A stretch of DNA of 64,000 bases, taken from contig NC_043017.1 of the NCBI RefSeq assembly GCF_006345805.1, positions 30,876,001 through 30,940,000 of the forward strand. The letters are read 5' to 3'. Below are positions 1 through 12,795 of this stretch, in pieces; the stretch's first letter is position 1, and every line of letters begins with the position of its first letter. The DNA comes from Octopus sinensis. Its lineage: Eukaryota. Made by a program: the position numbers and the translations under genes. The notes below the pieces were generated by a model, which was not told where the DNA came from, searched no databases, and saw only the letters and a program-made list of their open reading frames with translations.

Positions 1-178
1 TTGAAAAACGAAAGCGCTTACACACGAAATACATACGAAACACAAGCTACTCTGCAAAAATTGATTTCATAAATGTTAATGACCTAAAATTAAATAAATG
101 AAAATTGTTACTCTATTGCTAATAACTTTCAAAAACATCTTTTCTAATCATTGTGTATCAAGTATTTTTATCTGTGTG

Positions 179-221
<43 letters not shown>

Positions 222-685
222 ATATATTAATAAATGAAACATATGCATATATATATACATATATGTACGTACCTACCTCTACGTGTATATACACACGCAT
301 ATATGAGTACAGGACAAATAACACAAGGAAAAAACCCCTTCTTCAGTCGCCATGGTTTCATCTACTCTACGTTTCGAAGGTGAAGGCGGGATATATATAT
401 ATATATTTCTAGATTTATGAGGAATATTATGTTGATAAAGGAAATGAACATTACGATTCTAATCCAGAAACGTACGTACATAATTAACCAAAGACTGTGT
501 GATTTCATTGGTTTACATCACTTTTTGCCATATGTGAGTTACAAATATTGTTGTCTATGGAAACTTATTTTTGTAGTAAAAGGAAATAGTAGTCTTCTGG
601 CTGCTATTTCTAAAATTCTCGGTATGTGGTTTAAGCAACTTGTTGCAATAAACCCTTATTATTATAAATATATGTATATATCCAT

Positions 686-739
<54 letters not shown>

Positions 740-752
740 TTATATATATATA

Positions 753-793
<41 letters not shown>

Positions 794-1556
794 CTTTAAT
801 TCTTTTACTTATTCAGTAATTTGTCACCCGCTGGAGCATACCCATGAAATGTTTTCATCAAACAAATCGACCGCAGGAGTATTTATTTTAATCTTCAGAC
901 ATATTCTATCGGTCCTCCTGCCGAACCGCAAGGCTACAGGGACTTAACAAACTAACACCAGCTGACAAATAGTGAGGGAGGGCCAATCACAGACACAGAT
1001 ATATACATCAACTCTATTTGTAGAAGCCTTTGATGGTCAACCGACGAGATCCCAGTTTTTAATTGTATTAAATTTAAAGCAAGTGTATATTATTAGATAT
1101 TTTCTATTTTCTGAATAAGGCGAGTGTGATATGATATAAACATTACTGTTGTTTTTAGCAACTTAGAAATTCACGAAGAATTTACAAAAGCTTTGAGACT
1201 ATTAATGAGCTTAATGATTAATAGCAGTGAGATATGTAAAGCAAGAAACATGCCACTGAATTTAAAATGAACGTAATAATGAGGTGATTTGAATTGATTA
1301 ACATTGCTAGTAATAATGTTACAGATATTAGCAGGTGAGGTTGTTTGGTTATGAATGTTGTTGCTTCAGTCTCATTTTGCACAATGTTAGAAAGTGTCTT
1401 CTACTGTAACTTCAGGTTCACCCATTGCGTGGCTTTGAAATTTTATACACCGGTACCTTCAGAAGCCAAATTTATTCTGTACATGCATACATACGTGCTC
1501 CCTCATGGACACAGCCTTAGGGCTGAAACTTAAAAGAGAATGAAATAATACAGAAT

Positions 1557-1991
1557 AGGAGTGGCTGTGTAGTAAGTAGCTTGCTTACGAACCACATGGT
1601 TCTGGGTTCAGTCCCACTGCGTGGCACCCTAGGCAAGTGTCTTCTACTATTGCCTCAGGTCAACCCAAGCCTTGTGAGTGGATTTGGTAAACGGAAACTG
1701 AAAGAAGCCCGTCGTATATATGTATATATATATATATATATATAAATATGTGTGTGTGTGTGTGTGTGTATGTATGTTTGTGTGTCTGTGTTTGTTCTCC
1801 CAACATAGCTTGACAACCGATGCTGGTGTGTTTACGGCCCCGTAACTTAGCGGTTCGGCAAAAGAGAACCACAGAATAATTACTAGGCTAACAAAGAATA
1901 AGTCCTGGGGTCGTGTTGCTCGACTAAAGGCGTTGCTCCAGCATGGCCACAATCAAATGACTGACTGAAAACAAGTGTAAAAGATAAAGAG
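1557..1991 (+). mobile_element. SINE family A (tRNA-like head, internal (AT)n/(GT)n, CR1/L2-like tail)
   Basis: A box TGGCTGTGT(A/G)G, B box GGTTCAGTCCC, central microsatellite, tail CCAGCATGGCC..TGACTGAAACAAG. Confidence 0.85.
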
Positions 1992-1993
1992 TA

Positions 1994-2035
<42 letters not shown>

Positions 2036-2582
2036 GATTAGGTATATGTTTGTGTTTTCTTTTTTCGTTCAGGTACGTTAATTAAACATGACGGCTGGTA
2101 GATTTATAATACGATTTCCACAACACAATTCCCAAAATGAATAGAGAGAGATGCAAAGTTGCCAAGGATGCAATGAAAGTGATAACTCATCAAAGACACA
2201 GTTAATTAAATGAAACCAGCTAAGAATAAAGGAATGAAATGTTAAATTTATTTTGTTCTTTTACAGCCTCTGCGCCGGCCTTAACCACAATGATACCATT
2301 TAACTACATTTCAAGTAAAATTCATAATACACTAGTTGAACCAAGACCCTTAACTATGATGTGCTAGGGACTATGCTGTCGTTTCAAGCTAACAGAATAA
2401 CAAGACTAATTCGAACGAAACACTAAATGCTGGCTCTGTTATTAAGAACTTCAATTTCTAGCTACAGTCGTTCAGTTAAAATCCTATTGCAAAAATCATT
2501 GATCCAGTGTTTTTTTTAAATTAATTTAATTTTATTTTATCTAGTTTCAGCTCACGAGCTGTGGCCTTGCTGGGGCCCCGCC

Positions 2583-2646
<64 letters not shown>

Positions 2647-2702
2647 AAAAATATAAATATTGAAAGAAATGGTGTTGAATGTTGAACGACGAATTAACAA
2701 AA

Positions 2703-2802
2703 TTCCTTTATTTTCGACATATGTTTCGAAGGCGGCATATTACTAATTGCGAAGGAATAAGGAGTATATTATGCCGCTTTCTCGTCAGGAAAACCAAAGG
2801 AA
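2703..2802 (-). ncRNA. Type I hammerhead ribozyme with intact canonical core (probable PLE terminus)
   Basis: Minus strand: UUCCUUU-GG-UUUUC [CUGACGA] GAAAGCGGCAUA...UAUGCCGCCUUC [GAAA] CAUAUGUC^GAAAA-U-AAAGGAA. Stem I 5 bp plus 7 bp; stem II 11 of 12 pairs; palindromic stem III ACAUAUGU; GUC cleavage triplet between 2716 and 2715. Confidence 0.85.
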
Positions 2803-2921
2803 CTTATGTCAACATCAAGATGCACACGAAAGCACGTAACTTCAAACGTGTCTTCTCTGATGTGAATTTGCTACCCAGGTATCGGTTAACCGAATTATCC
2901 ATAAAGATAATTCATTTAACT

Positions 2922-2998
<77 letters not shown>

Positions 2999-3104
2999 TT
3001 ATACATACATACACTAGAGCCAGAGTGAGAGGTGAAGTTAGAGGAGATAAATGGCAAAGAGAGCGTCATATATGAATGAGAAATAAAGGGGTAATAGATG
3101 AATA

Positions 3105-3611
3105 TATTTCTTTTCTACCCACAAGGGGCTAAACATAGAGGGGACAAACAAGGACAGAGAAAGGGATTAATTCGATTACATCGACCCCAGTGCGAAACTG
3201 TTACTTTATTTATCGACCCCGACAGGATGAAAGGTAAAGTCGACCTCGGCGGAATTTGAACTAGGAATGTAACAACAGACGAATTACCGCTAAGCATTTC
3301 GCTCGGCGTGCTAACGTGTCTATTATAATAAAGCTATTTTGAATGAAATTTGGGATTTGTACTCCACGCATGCATACGATAAGGCGGCGAGCTGGCAGAA
3401 TCGTTAGCACGCCGGGCGAAATCTTTATCGGTATTTCGTCTGCCGCTACGTTCTGAGTTCAAATTCCGCCGAGGTCGACTTTGCCTTTCATCCTTTCGGG
3501 GTCGATTAAATAAGTACCAGTTACGTACTGGGGTCGATATAATCGACTTAATCTGTTTGTCTGTCATTGTTTGTCCTCTCTGTGTTTAGCCCCTTGTGGG
3601 TAGTAAAGAAA
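3105..3611. mobile_element. Head-to-head pair of SINE family M (3105-3316 minus, 3383-3611 plus)
   Basis: Head GGCGGCGAGCTGGCAGAA, B box GAGTTCAAATTCC, central GACTTTGCCTTTCATCCTTTCGGGGTCGAT resembling the Meta/MESC SINE domain (from recall). Confidence 0.85.
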
Positions 3612-3907
3612 GAGATATGTGGGTGTATGTGTGTGTGGAAACACATAGACTGACTATTTGCATTTTTGTGTAGTTTGTTTACTGCCTTCAGTAGCTTTAA
3701 AATAGGCATTGACGTTCAAACGCTTTTTGTAGATTGAAGCACAGAATCCAGTTTACTTACGAGATAACGTCATCGCAGTAATTTCAATAAGTATGAAGAC
3801 CGCATCTGTTTTTACTTCAACAGAAGCAAAGGGAATAAAGATTACTGCTAATGATATTAATATTAGGCATAATTAAATCTCAGAATGAGATTGAAACAGT
3901 AATCGCT

Positions 3908-4224
3908 CGATAATGTAAAGTATAGAAGCCATCTTATCATGGCTAACCACATTGGGGAGGGGGTTGTTACTGTAGCTTTATAGCCCCAAGAGATCTTCGT
4001 CTCTAGCTGGCTCTAAACACAATATCTGTGTCTTTGGAGTATTTGCAAAGGGAGGCCATCCCTTCCTCGCAAGCCTGAGTGATACGATCGAACTAGTTTT
4101 GGGATGTTTGTCCCTCGTCAACGGGCGGCAACCACCAGGTAGCGATGAAAGTGAAGGCTCCTTTGCAAATAGATATAAGTTTTTCTAATGGCGTCTGCCA
4201 ATGATGTCGAAAAACGAACAGTAA
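3908..4224 (-). mobile_element. Possible RTE-like 3' fragment between 41-bp direct repeats
   Basis: Weak RSLHF...IPKLV...GLRGR similarity; perfect repeats at 3867-3907 and 4225-4265. Confidence 0.35.
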
Positions 4225-4409
4225 GCATAATTAAATCTCAGAATGAGATTGAAACAGTAATCGCTTTACGATATTAATATTATTAATTCATTAATCAGTT
4301 CTGTATTACATTTCGCCCTTTCGAGATTGATAAAATAAAATACTGGGGTGGATGTTATGCAGTGTCCCCTCCCTACTAAATTCCTGATCTCTCCTGCAAA
4401 AATTTGAAT

Positions 4410-4830
4410 CAGGAGTGGCTGTGTGGTAAGTAGCTTGCTTACCAACCACATGGTTCCGGGTTCAGTCCCACGGCGTGGCATCGTTGGCAAGTGTCTTCTG
4501 CTATAGCCCCGGGCCGACCAATGCCTTGTGAGTGGATTTGATAGACGGAAACTGAAAGAAGCCTGTCGTATATATGTATATATGTATATGTGTGTGTGTA
4601 CATGTTTGTGTGTATGTGTTTGTCCCCCTAGCATTGCTTGACAACCGATGCTGGTGTGTTTACGTTCCCGTCACTTAGCGGTTCGGCAAAAAGAGACCGA
4701 TAGAATAAGTACTGGGCTTACAAAGAATAAGTCCCGGGGTCGATTTTGCTCGACTAAAGGCGGTGCTCCAGCATGGCCGCAGTCAAATGACTGAAACAAG
4801 TAAAAGAGTAAAAGAGGAAAGAGTAAGAGT
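4410..4830 (+). mobile_element. SINE family A
   Basis: Full-length; GAGTAAAA tail repeats. Confidence 0.9.
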
Positions 4831-5127
4831 TGTTAAATCATCGTTATAAATGATGTTGATATTAGTGGAGGGTCGTCAACTTGTTAGATCATTCGGAACA
4901 TCATCTTAAAACCACTCAGTTGCATTCCTGGTTCGTGTAACAACTCACGTCCTTGAACAAAGGGCTTCATTTTACGTTGTACTCAACTGAAATGAGTGCA
5001 TCTTTATATGGAGATTAATTATGTGGGTGACTGACGTCCTGTCAAGGAGGCGAACTTGTAGTTCCAGTTACTCCTTGAGAAAGTTTACCTTAAAATTAAC
5101 CGCAATTGTGGTTAGTAATATATCTAA

Positions 5128-5525
5128 CTAGCAATATCGCCCGGCGTTTCTCGGGTTTGTAAGGGAAATAACTATATAAGCATTTTTAGAAAGTTATGGC
5201 CAAAAAATAGCCAAAAAATGCATTAAAAATGGAAAAAAATTACGGTAAATGTTTTTTTAAATCGTTGACGCATCGTAGACATTTTTAGAGAGTTACTTCC
5301 CTTATATAATAGCGGAAAAAATGCATTAAAATGGAAAAAGACGATGGTAAATTATTTTTAAAATCGTAGATGCATCGTAGACGCGTGCTAATACCCAGAA
5401 GGGCTCGATATGAATCACGACTATAAGATACCCGGTTTTGGTTAAACTGCACCGCAAAATGTGGGAGTAGTTAGGAATCTAAATCGTGGGAGACAGACAC
5501 ACAACCTTACTTTTATATATAAAGA
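5128..5525 (-). mobile_element. Non-autonomous Helitron
   Basis: Minus strand begins TC, ends CTAG, sits in an A|T target, with subterminal GC-rich CCCG..CGGG hairpin; homologous to 29785 and 37717. Confidence 0.8.
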
Positions 5526-6717
5526 TATATTTTAAAGTTTTGACAAGGACGGAAAATCAGTGTCTATGAATGATGTTTTATATTTTCAGAGACTTCGGCA
5601 CTGATGGAACCCGGTATGATGTTATCTTCTAGCTTGCAACGGAATGCTTCACGCAACTTGCAACATTCAAAATCCACCAAAAGCACTCAGAGACAAGGAA
5701 ATGATTTTAACCCAATCTTTATATGGGGATTTATTATGTGGGTGACTGACGTCCTATCAAGGTAGTGTAGATATTGCGTCTACACCACAAACAAATCATT
5801 ATCATCCAAACCCTGGATACACCGTAATGAAAATATTAACTAATGATACTCTATTATCAGTATTTCAGAGCTATTGTACCAATAACGTACTGAATAATCT
5901 TACTTCATAATCAAATAAAGTTGTATAGTCTACACCAAGGTTACATAATTAACAAAATACAGTGAAAAGATACTCCATATTCAAAACATGAAGTAATTAT
6001 ACTCTTTGATCAAAATATCAAAAGCTCGTACGCTATACGCTAATTGTAAGATACTAGAAAGCACGCAAAGCAACACACACACACGTGAAAACTAAAAAAA
6101 ATTAATATTAATATTCAATGCACGTAAATAAATATAGAATCAAACATCAAAATTAAAGTTTTCCTTTAATTCTCTTTTGCTCTTTTAATGTTAGCAGTGA
6201 ACTTAATAAATATTCATGGATTCAAATGGAAATTATTTTTAAAACGCACATTTATATTATTGACAATTCCATTGCACCCTGCAGCTATTCCACTTTAAGC
6301 AGTATGTATTTTATCATGCTAGAACTATGCAGGTTAGTACAAATTAGAATTTAGCATGCAAAATCGTAATATATATATATATATATATATATAGGCAGAG
6401 ATTTCATGAGAGATAGATATTGTAAATCGATAAGGTTCTTATCTTCAATTAGGCATTTATAATGAAGGTTAGGCTTCAATGACAAGATACTAGAAGTTTC
6501 AAACACGCTCGGAATTGTTCTTACAAAGAAGCAAATTTCGTGAAAAATTCAGTCATCAAGCTGATTGTTTTTCTTCACAAAGGCTTCAGTGTATAAATGT
6601 CGTTAATTGCATTTCCACTTTAAAGTATATAATGGCAGTGCGCCGATCGATGCTCTCATGAGCAAACAATTATATACATACATACATACATACATACATA
6701 TATTACATACATATATA

Positions 6718-6774
<57 letters not shown>

Positions 6775-6799
6775 ATATATATATATATTATATATATAT

Positions 6800-6990
6800 A
6801 AAGTTAATCCAACAAGAAAGCAGAAAAAACACAGCACGCAGGACGTGGACAAATAATATTATTGGACGCTCAGGAAAGAGGGAAAGGAAGAGGGTTTAAC
6901 GTTTCGAGCGGAGCCCTTCGTCGGAAACAAAGGAGACGGAAAGATCCCGAGAAGGGAAGACAGAGAAAAAAATTGCTGGCGGTGCTCACG
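6800..6990 (-). mobile_element. PLE-like terminal fragment, family D, with minimal hammerhead at 6891-6930
   Basis: Minus: GUUU [CCGACGA] A GGGC-UCC-GCUC [GAAA] CGUU^AAAC. Homologous copy at 31085-31300; abuts an (AT)n tract. Confidence 0.6.
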
Positions 6991-7063
6991 AGGTCACAAT
7001 ATGTTTAAATATATTTATATATATATATATTTAAACAAATATATATATATATATATTTAAACA

Positions 7064-7116
<53 letters not shown>

Positions 7117-7177
7117 AATATATATATTATATTATACAAATTATATATGTGTGTGTGTGTGTGTTTGTGTGTGTGTG

Positions 7178-7488
7178 TGGAGGCACAATGGCCCGGTGAT
7201 TAGGGCAGCGGATCGCGGTCGTAGCATCGTAGTTTCGATTCCCAGACCGGGCGTTGTGAGTGTTTATTGAGCGAAAACACCTAAGGTTCCACGAGGCTCC
7301 GGCAGGAAGTGGTGGCGATCCCTGCTGTACTCTTTCGACACAACTTTCTCTCGCTCTTTTTTCTGTTGGATTGCTCGCTTAGCCAGCGGGTGGGGTCATT
7401 TGAAGGCTAAAACAATGCGAAGCGCATTGTGACCTGCGATGTGTAGCAATATCTGATAGCCAGGTCGGTCACGTTGATCACGGTGATA
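7178..7488 (+). mobile_element. tRNA-Arg-like SINE, tail X
   Basis: Head GGAGGC(G/A)CAATGGCCC..GGTTTCGATTCCC; tail ending CACGGTGATA. Possibly the octopus OR type (recall). Confidence 0.8.
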
Positions 7489-7956
7489 TATGTATATATA
7501 TATATATATATTTATACACATATATATATACACACATACACACACGCGTGCGTGTGTGAGTCTGTGTCTCTGTGTGTACGTACCAGTGTGTCTTTTTACA
7601 TGAACCCCGCTGCTTGAAAACTGGTGTTTGTTTGTTTATATCCTCCTAAATTAGCTTTTTTGCATCAAGTGACCCAGAAAAATATTACTGGAGTAGATTC
7701 GTTAGTCTAAATCACTTCAAGGCAATACCCCAGCATCGATGCAGTCCGATAACAACGATAAGTAAACGATAAAATATATCGTAGTCTCTATTTATTTGCT
7801 GAAATTTGTAACAACAATTCACGTTTACACTGTAAAACGGATTGCTTTTAAAGGGCTCTCTTCTGTCTTCCAAAAAGAAAACTAATTTTCGATAATTTCG
7901 TTACACGAATACATGGTATGGTGAGGGTTGTTTTGACTGTTTCCTTAACCTTGTAG

Positions 7957-8029
7957 GATTTTACTGCTAAGTCTATGACTATCGGTAAGTACAGAAACTT
8001 TCTATTGTTTCCTCTGCTGGAAATAAAAG
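7957..8029 (+). CDS. Candidate exon with two in-frame donors (unidentified gene)
   Basis: Acceptor TTTCCTTAACCTTGTAG; donors GTAAGT (7985) and GTGAGT (8030) 45 nt apart; open frame DFTAKSMTI(GKYRNFLLFPLLEIK). Confidence 0.3.
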
Positions 8030-8479
8030 GTGAGTTTTCGTAAGCTCGCCTTCTACGCTCATATAAATGGAAGTCCATATTGGTCAAAGTAGACAGTAAA
8101 TAACGGTTTAAATTTTTTTTGATCAATTCTGCAATTCCGGAGGCAGGGATAAATCGATTACATCAACCCCAGTGTTCAATTCGTGATTATTTTATTGACA
8201 CCGAAATGCTGAAGGTCGACAATGACAGAATTTAAACTCAAAACGTATGGATGGACGGAAAGCCGAAAATCTTTTTGCCTAGCGTTGTGAATGATTCGGA
8301 CAGCTCGCCAACCTAAAGTACACAGAAACTCATAAAAGCTAGAATATATCAGCAAAAGCACCATTCCGTAAAGCATATTCTACAAGATAATAAATTATCG
8401 TGAGTAAACGTTATCTGGAATATGTAGCATAGAGATTAAAGTATAACGAGTTTTTGAAGAATTTCATTGCGCATATTGC

Positions 8480-8579
8480 NNNNNNNNNNNNNNNNNNNNN
8501 NNNNNNNNNNNNNNNNNNNNNNNNNNNNNNNNNNNNNNNNNNNNNNNNNNNNNNNNNNNNNNNNNNNNNNNNNNNNNNN
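8480..8579. other. Assembly gap (100 N)
   Basis: Run of N; true length unknown. Confidence 0.98.
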
Positions 8580-9393
8580 GTGCGTCTATGTGTGTATGCA
8601 TGTGTGTGTCTGTGTCTGTGTATGTCTGTAATAATTCATGCATAAGTTTCTTGGTGTATAATTTTTACGGTCAAAGAAATATTTATTATTGACTATAATT
8701 AGAAAAATAACTGCATTTGATCGATGGTTAAAGTGTTAAAAATGTGCATAATTTTCTAGTTTCGGAATAAAATGTTGGTAACATTGTTATTATTTTCTTT
8801 TATCAATTAATTTTAATTGGTAGCTTTTTAGAGACTACAAAAGCCTTTGAAAATTGTATCCATATATATCATATTTCGTTTCTTTGATTTTGTAAGTTAT
8901 TTTTCTCAAGAAATATCAGAATCTATTACGGTGCGCAAATCTTACTCTGTATATTGTTACATGGCGTTGTGACACTAATATTACTATGCAATTGGAAGAC
9001 TCTACCTCTTGATTTCTATTGAGCAAATATTGGAGCGTTTCTTAAGTCATTCTGATTCTGAACAGATATCTGAGGACGTGAGGAGCAAGAAAATTTACCC
9101 ACACCAGATTGTATAATTCGGTGTTACTTTCTTACCAGGACACATTTCACAATACATACTTAAAAGGATTTCAGACTCCATAGTTCAGGTTTGCGTTTCC
9201 TCTCTGTTCACTTTCAGATTTCTCTGACAACGTACATCTGTCGAGGAAATACGGACTATAAAACGTGAAGAGTCTTTTCCGACGTTCTTTCTAATTGGCG
9301 GTTATAGTTGAAAGTGACGCAAATGAAATTGTATGATATACGATATATATATATATGTGTGTGTGTGTGTATGTTTGTATGTATGTATGTATA

Positions 9394-9425
<32 letters not shown>

Positions 9426-9576
9426 ACTACATGAATACATATGTGCGTATTGCGTTAGCGCATGTGTATATGCGTTCATGGGTACGTGGTGTAAGCATAT
9501 GTATGTGTGTGTGTGCCATATGTATTTATGTATGTACGAGTGTGTATATATATGTATAAATAAGTTATATTATACA

Positions 9577-9652
<76 letters not shown>

Positions 9653-9665
9653 GTATATATGTGTA

Positions 9666-9696
<31 letters not shown>

Positions 9697-10569
9697 GTAT
9701 ATATATATATATATATAATATGAAATATGTATATACATATACATACTATGAATATGTATATATATATACATGCATACATATGAATATATATATATATCCA
9801 TATGTATACTTAGACACAAACACAGCCACACATAAATTGCGAATATAACTTCTCTTAAATCAATTTCAAACGAACACATATCTAAAGCTTAGCATTTCTC
9901 CTACTTCAAAGTATATTATTTGAAGTGCAAAGCCATCATCGGTGTGATAGTTAGCCAAGTCGTATTGATTGTTTCCATCGCTTCTCGTCATTCTTTCATT
10001 CCTTTCCACCTCCGTCTTTAGTTCTTTTTTGCATATCTGTTTTTCTTAATCCCATAAGCAACAAAACCAAAAGCCCTGTGATATCGTATTTCCTGCTCAG
10101 CCCTTCAAACGTCCATTTCTGACTCTTCCTTACTTCCTTCATGCTTAAATGTATGAGTATAAACGTACGAAATATATGTTTACAAGTACATACATATATG
10201 CATACATACATACATACATATATGCATACATATATATATATATATATATGTGTGTGGTGTGTGTGTGTGTGTGGTGTGTATGTATGTTTGTTTGCATATA
10301 TGTATTATATATATATATACGCACACGTATGCTTAGATTAACAAACGTTTAAATATAACAAGAGACTTAAATGTACAGATTGATATATGGATATACCATA
10401 TATATATATATATATATTGTGTGTGTGTGTTGTATGTGCGTGTGTGTGTATGTATATATATGTATGTATACATTTATGCGCAAACAAGCAGACCGAAGTA
10501 AACAACCCCCCCACTCATAGTACATGTGTGTGTATAAATGTTTATTTATGCGAGTGTGCGTACTTATAC

Positions 10570-10600
<31 letters not shown>

Positions 10601-11071
10601 ATATATATATATATAGATATATATATATTATATATAACATATATATGGTATTTGTATTTATATATATATTATATACTTTTTAACTCACTCATAAATATTT
10701 GTGTGTCTACACACGTATGAACATCTATAGTAGCTCAGATGGACACGCGTACGTAAACTTGGTATGTTTGTCAATCATTTTACTTGGACAACGTCAAACA
10801 ACCAAGTTCAAATATTTTCCCATCAAGTCGTTAATCATTGTCTTCATGGAAACTGATCTTCTTTGGCTGCCTTTCGCTGCTGCTCTCTTGCAATCGCATC
10901 TATCACCTCCTCATATTACCTCTTCCCCTGCTCCTTCTCCTCTGTGTTTTCGAGTTTTTTCTATACATGTTACATATATCCATTTATCCGCCTCTTAAAG
11001 AAATTCTACTGCGTACACTTCATCCTTTTCTTTTTCCATTGTGGATAATATTACAATATATATATATATAT

Positions 11072-11480
11072 ACTCTTTTACTCTTTTACTTGTTTCAGCC
11101 ATTTGACTGCGGCCATGCTGGAGCACCGCCTTTAGTCGATCAAATCGACCCCGGGACTTATTCTTTTGTAAGCCCAGTACTTATTCTATCGGTCTCTTTT
11201 GCCGAACCGCTAAGTTACGGGGAAGTAAACACACCAGCATCGGTTGTCAAGCAATGCTAAGGGGACAAACACAGACACACAAACACACACACACATTCAT
11301 ATATATTACATATATACGACAGGCTTCTTTCAGTTTCCGTCTACCAAATCCACTCACAAGGCATTGGTCGGCCCGGGGCTATAGTAGAAGACACCTGCCC
11401 ATGATGCCACGCAGTGAGACTGAACCCGGAACCATGTGGTTGGTTAGCAAGCTACTTACCACACAGCCACTCCTGCGCCT
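11072..11480 (-). mobile_element. SINE family A
   Basis: Full-length reverse copy. Confidence 0.9.
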
Positions 11481-11868
11481 ATATAATGTTATACAAACAT
11501 AGGCGCAGTCATGGTTGTATGGTAAAAAGCTTGTTTCCCAACAACGGTATTCCGGGTTGAGTCCGACTGCGTGGCACCTTGGAATACTATGGCCTCGGAC
11601 CGACCAAAACCTTATGAGTGTGGTTTAGTGGATTTAGTAGACAGAAACTTAACGAGTCCCGTCTGGCCCCACCACCGCTTTGAGAATCGACGCAGCTGTG
11701 TTTTCGTCTTTGTGACTTACCATTTTGATAAAAGCGTTCGATTGAATAAGTAACCGGTTTTTAAAGAAGGAAAAAGTACTAGAATCGATTAGAGTACAGT
11801 TTAAGCTATCTTTTCGAGGAAGAAGGTTTATGTTCCTGTAACATGTGTTAATTCTGTAACCCTTTAAA

Positions 11869-12195
11869 ATGGAAGATAAGAAAGTTCATTTTCGGCACTT
11901 GATGCTTTTCTTTATCTGTAAAGAGTAAAATGCCTCACAGGCAACCAAAGAAATACGCGCAGTTTACGGTGATTCTTCTTTATCCGAAAAAACTCTACGG
12001 AAGTGGTTCCCAAGGTTCCGAGCTGGAGACTGTAGCCTTATTGGTAAAGAGCCATCAGGCAGACCATCCACCACAGATGATGACCAAATCAAGTCATTAT
12101 TTGAGAATAACCCACATTGCACAACCTGAGAATTGGCAGAAAGCCTCAACCTATCAAAATCCGTCGTTCATGAGTACCTGGTAAAGCTTGTGTAA
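11869..12195 (+). pseudogene. Mariner transposase N-terminal HTH remnant
   Basis: Single frame MEDKKVHFRHLMLFFICKE*NASQATKEIRAVYGDSSLSEKTLRKWFPRFRAGDCSLIGKEPSGRPSTTDDDQIKSLFENNPHCTT*ELAESLNLSKS with in-frame stops. Confidence 0.85.
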
Positions 12196-12570
12196 TGGCA
12201 AGTATTTATTGACCGGTTTCTCTTTAAAACGTTGCCGACTATTTAAAAAGGGTCAATCCCAGATATACAAGCGTGGGTGGGAGAATACGAAGAACTCAAG
12301 GTAGTTATAATGAACTGCTGTGTCAACAGCTATTTTAAATATCGTTGGAAATCATTCTACAATTGAAATTGATATTAGCTGGAAAGTGTGAAGGCGCGTG
12401 GCTTACTAGTTAGGTACTCTACTCACGAGCGTAAGGTCATGAGTTCCATTCCTGGCGGCGTGTTTTGTCATTCAGCAAGATACTTTATTTCATATTGCTT
12501 TAGTCCATTCAGCTGGCTAAAATAAGTTGTACTTGTAATAGAAATAGCCACCCAAGTTACATTTTGCGTC

Positions 12571-12795
12571 TCTCCAATCGAAGGGGAGGGGATTTCTCCG
12601 TCCGGGTTGCGGACCCATGGAATAAGCTGCCGGACGAGATAGTGAAGATGCCGACGACCGCTCAGTTCAAAGTCTATCTTGACCAGAAATGGCCTGAACT
12701 CTTTGCATGAACACCCTCCCTGTACATAACTCCATGTCCCTCTACGTGGCCTTGCTTTTTGCTTTTTGAGCCAAAAAATTAACTTAACTTAACTT
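12571..12795 (+). mobile_element. 5'-truncated CR1 LINE 3' end nested in an old SINE
   Basis: FSVRVADPWNKLPDEIVKMPTTAQFKVYLDQKWPELFA* followed by an (AACTT)3 tail. Confidence 0.8.

Noticed and set aside
7178-7260. tRNA-like sequences with A and B boxes
   Set aside because: These are SINE heads without an acceptor stem or full cloverleaf; not tRNA genes.
7848-8126. Minus-strand ORF with faint PLE RT-like text (DFHLYERR..FISSRGN)
   Set aside because: Similarity too weak to call; the opposite strand has better splice signals.
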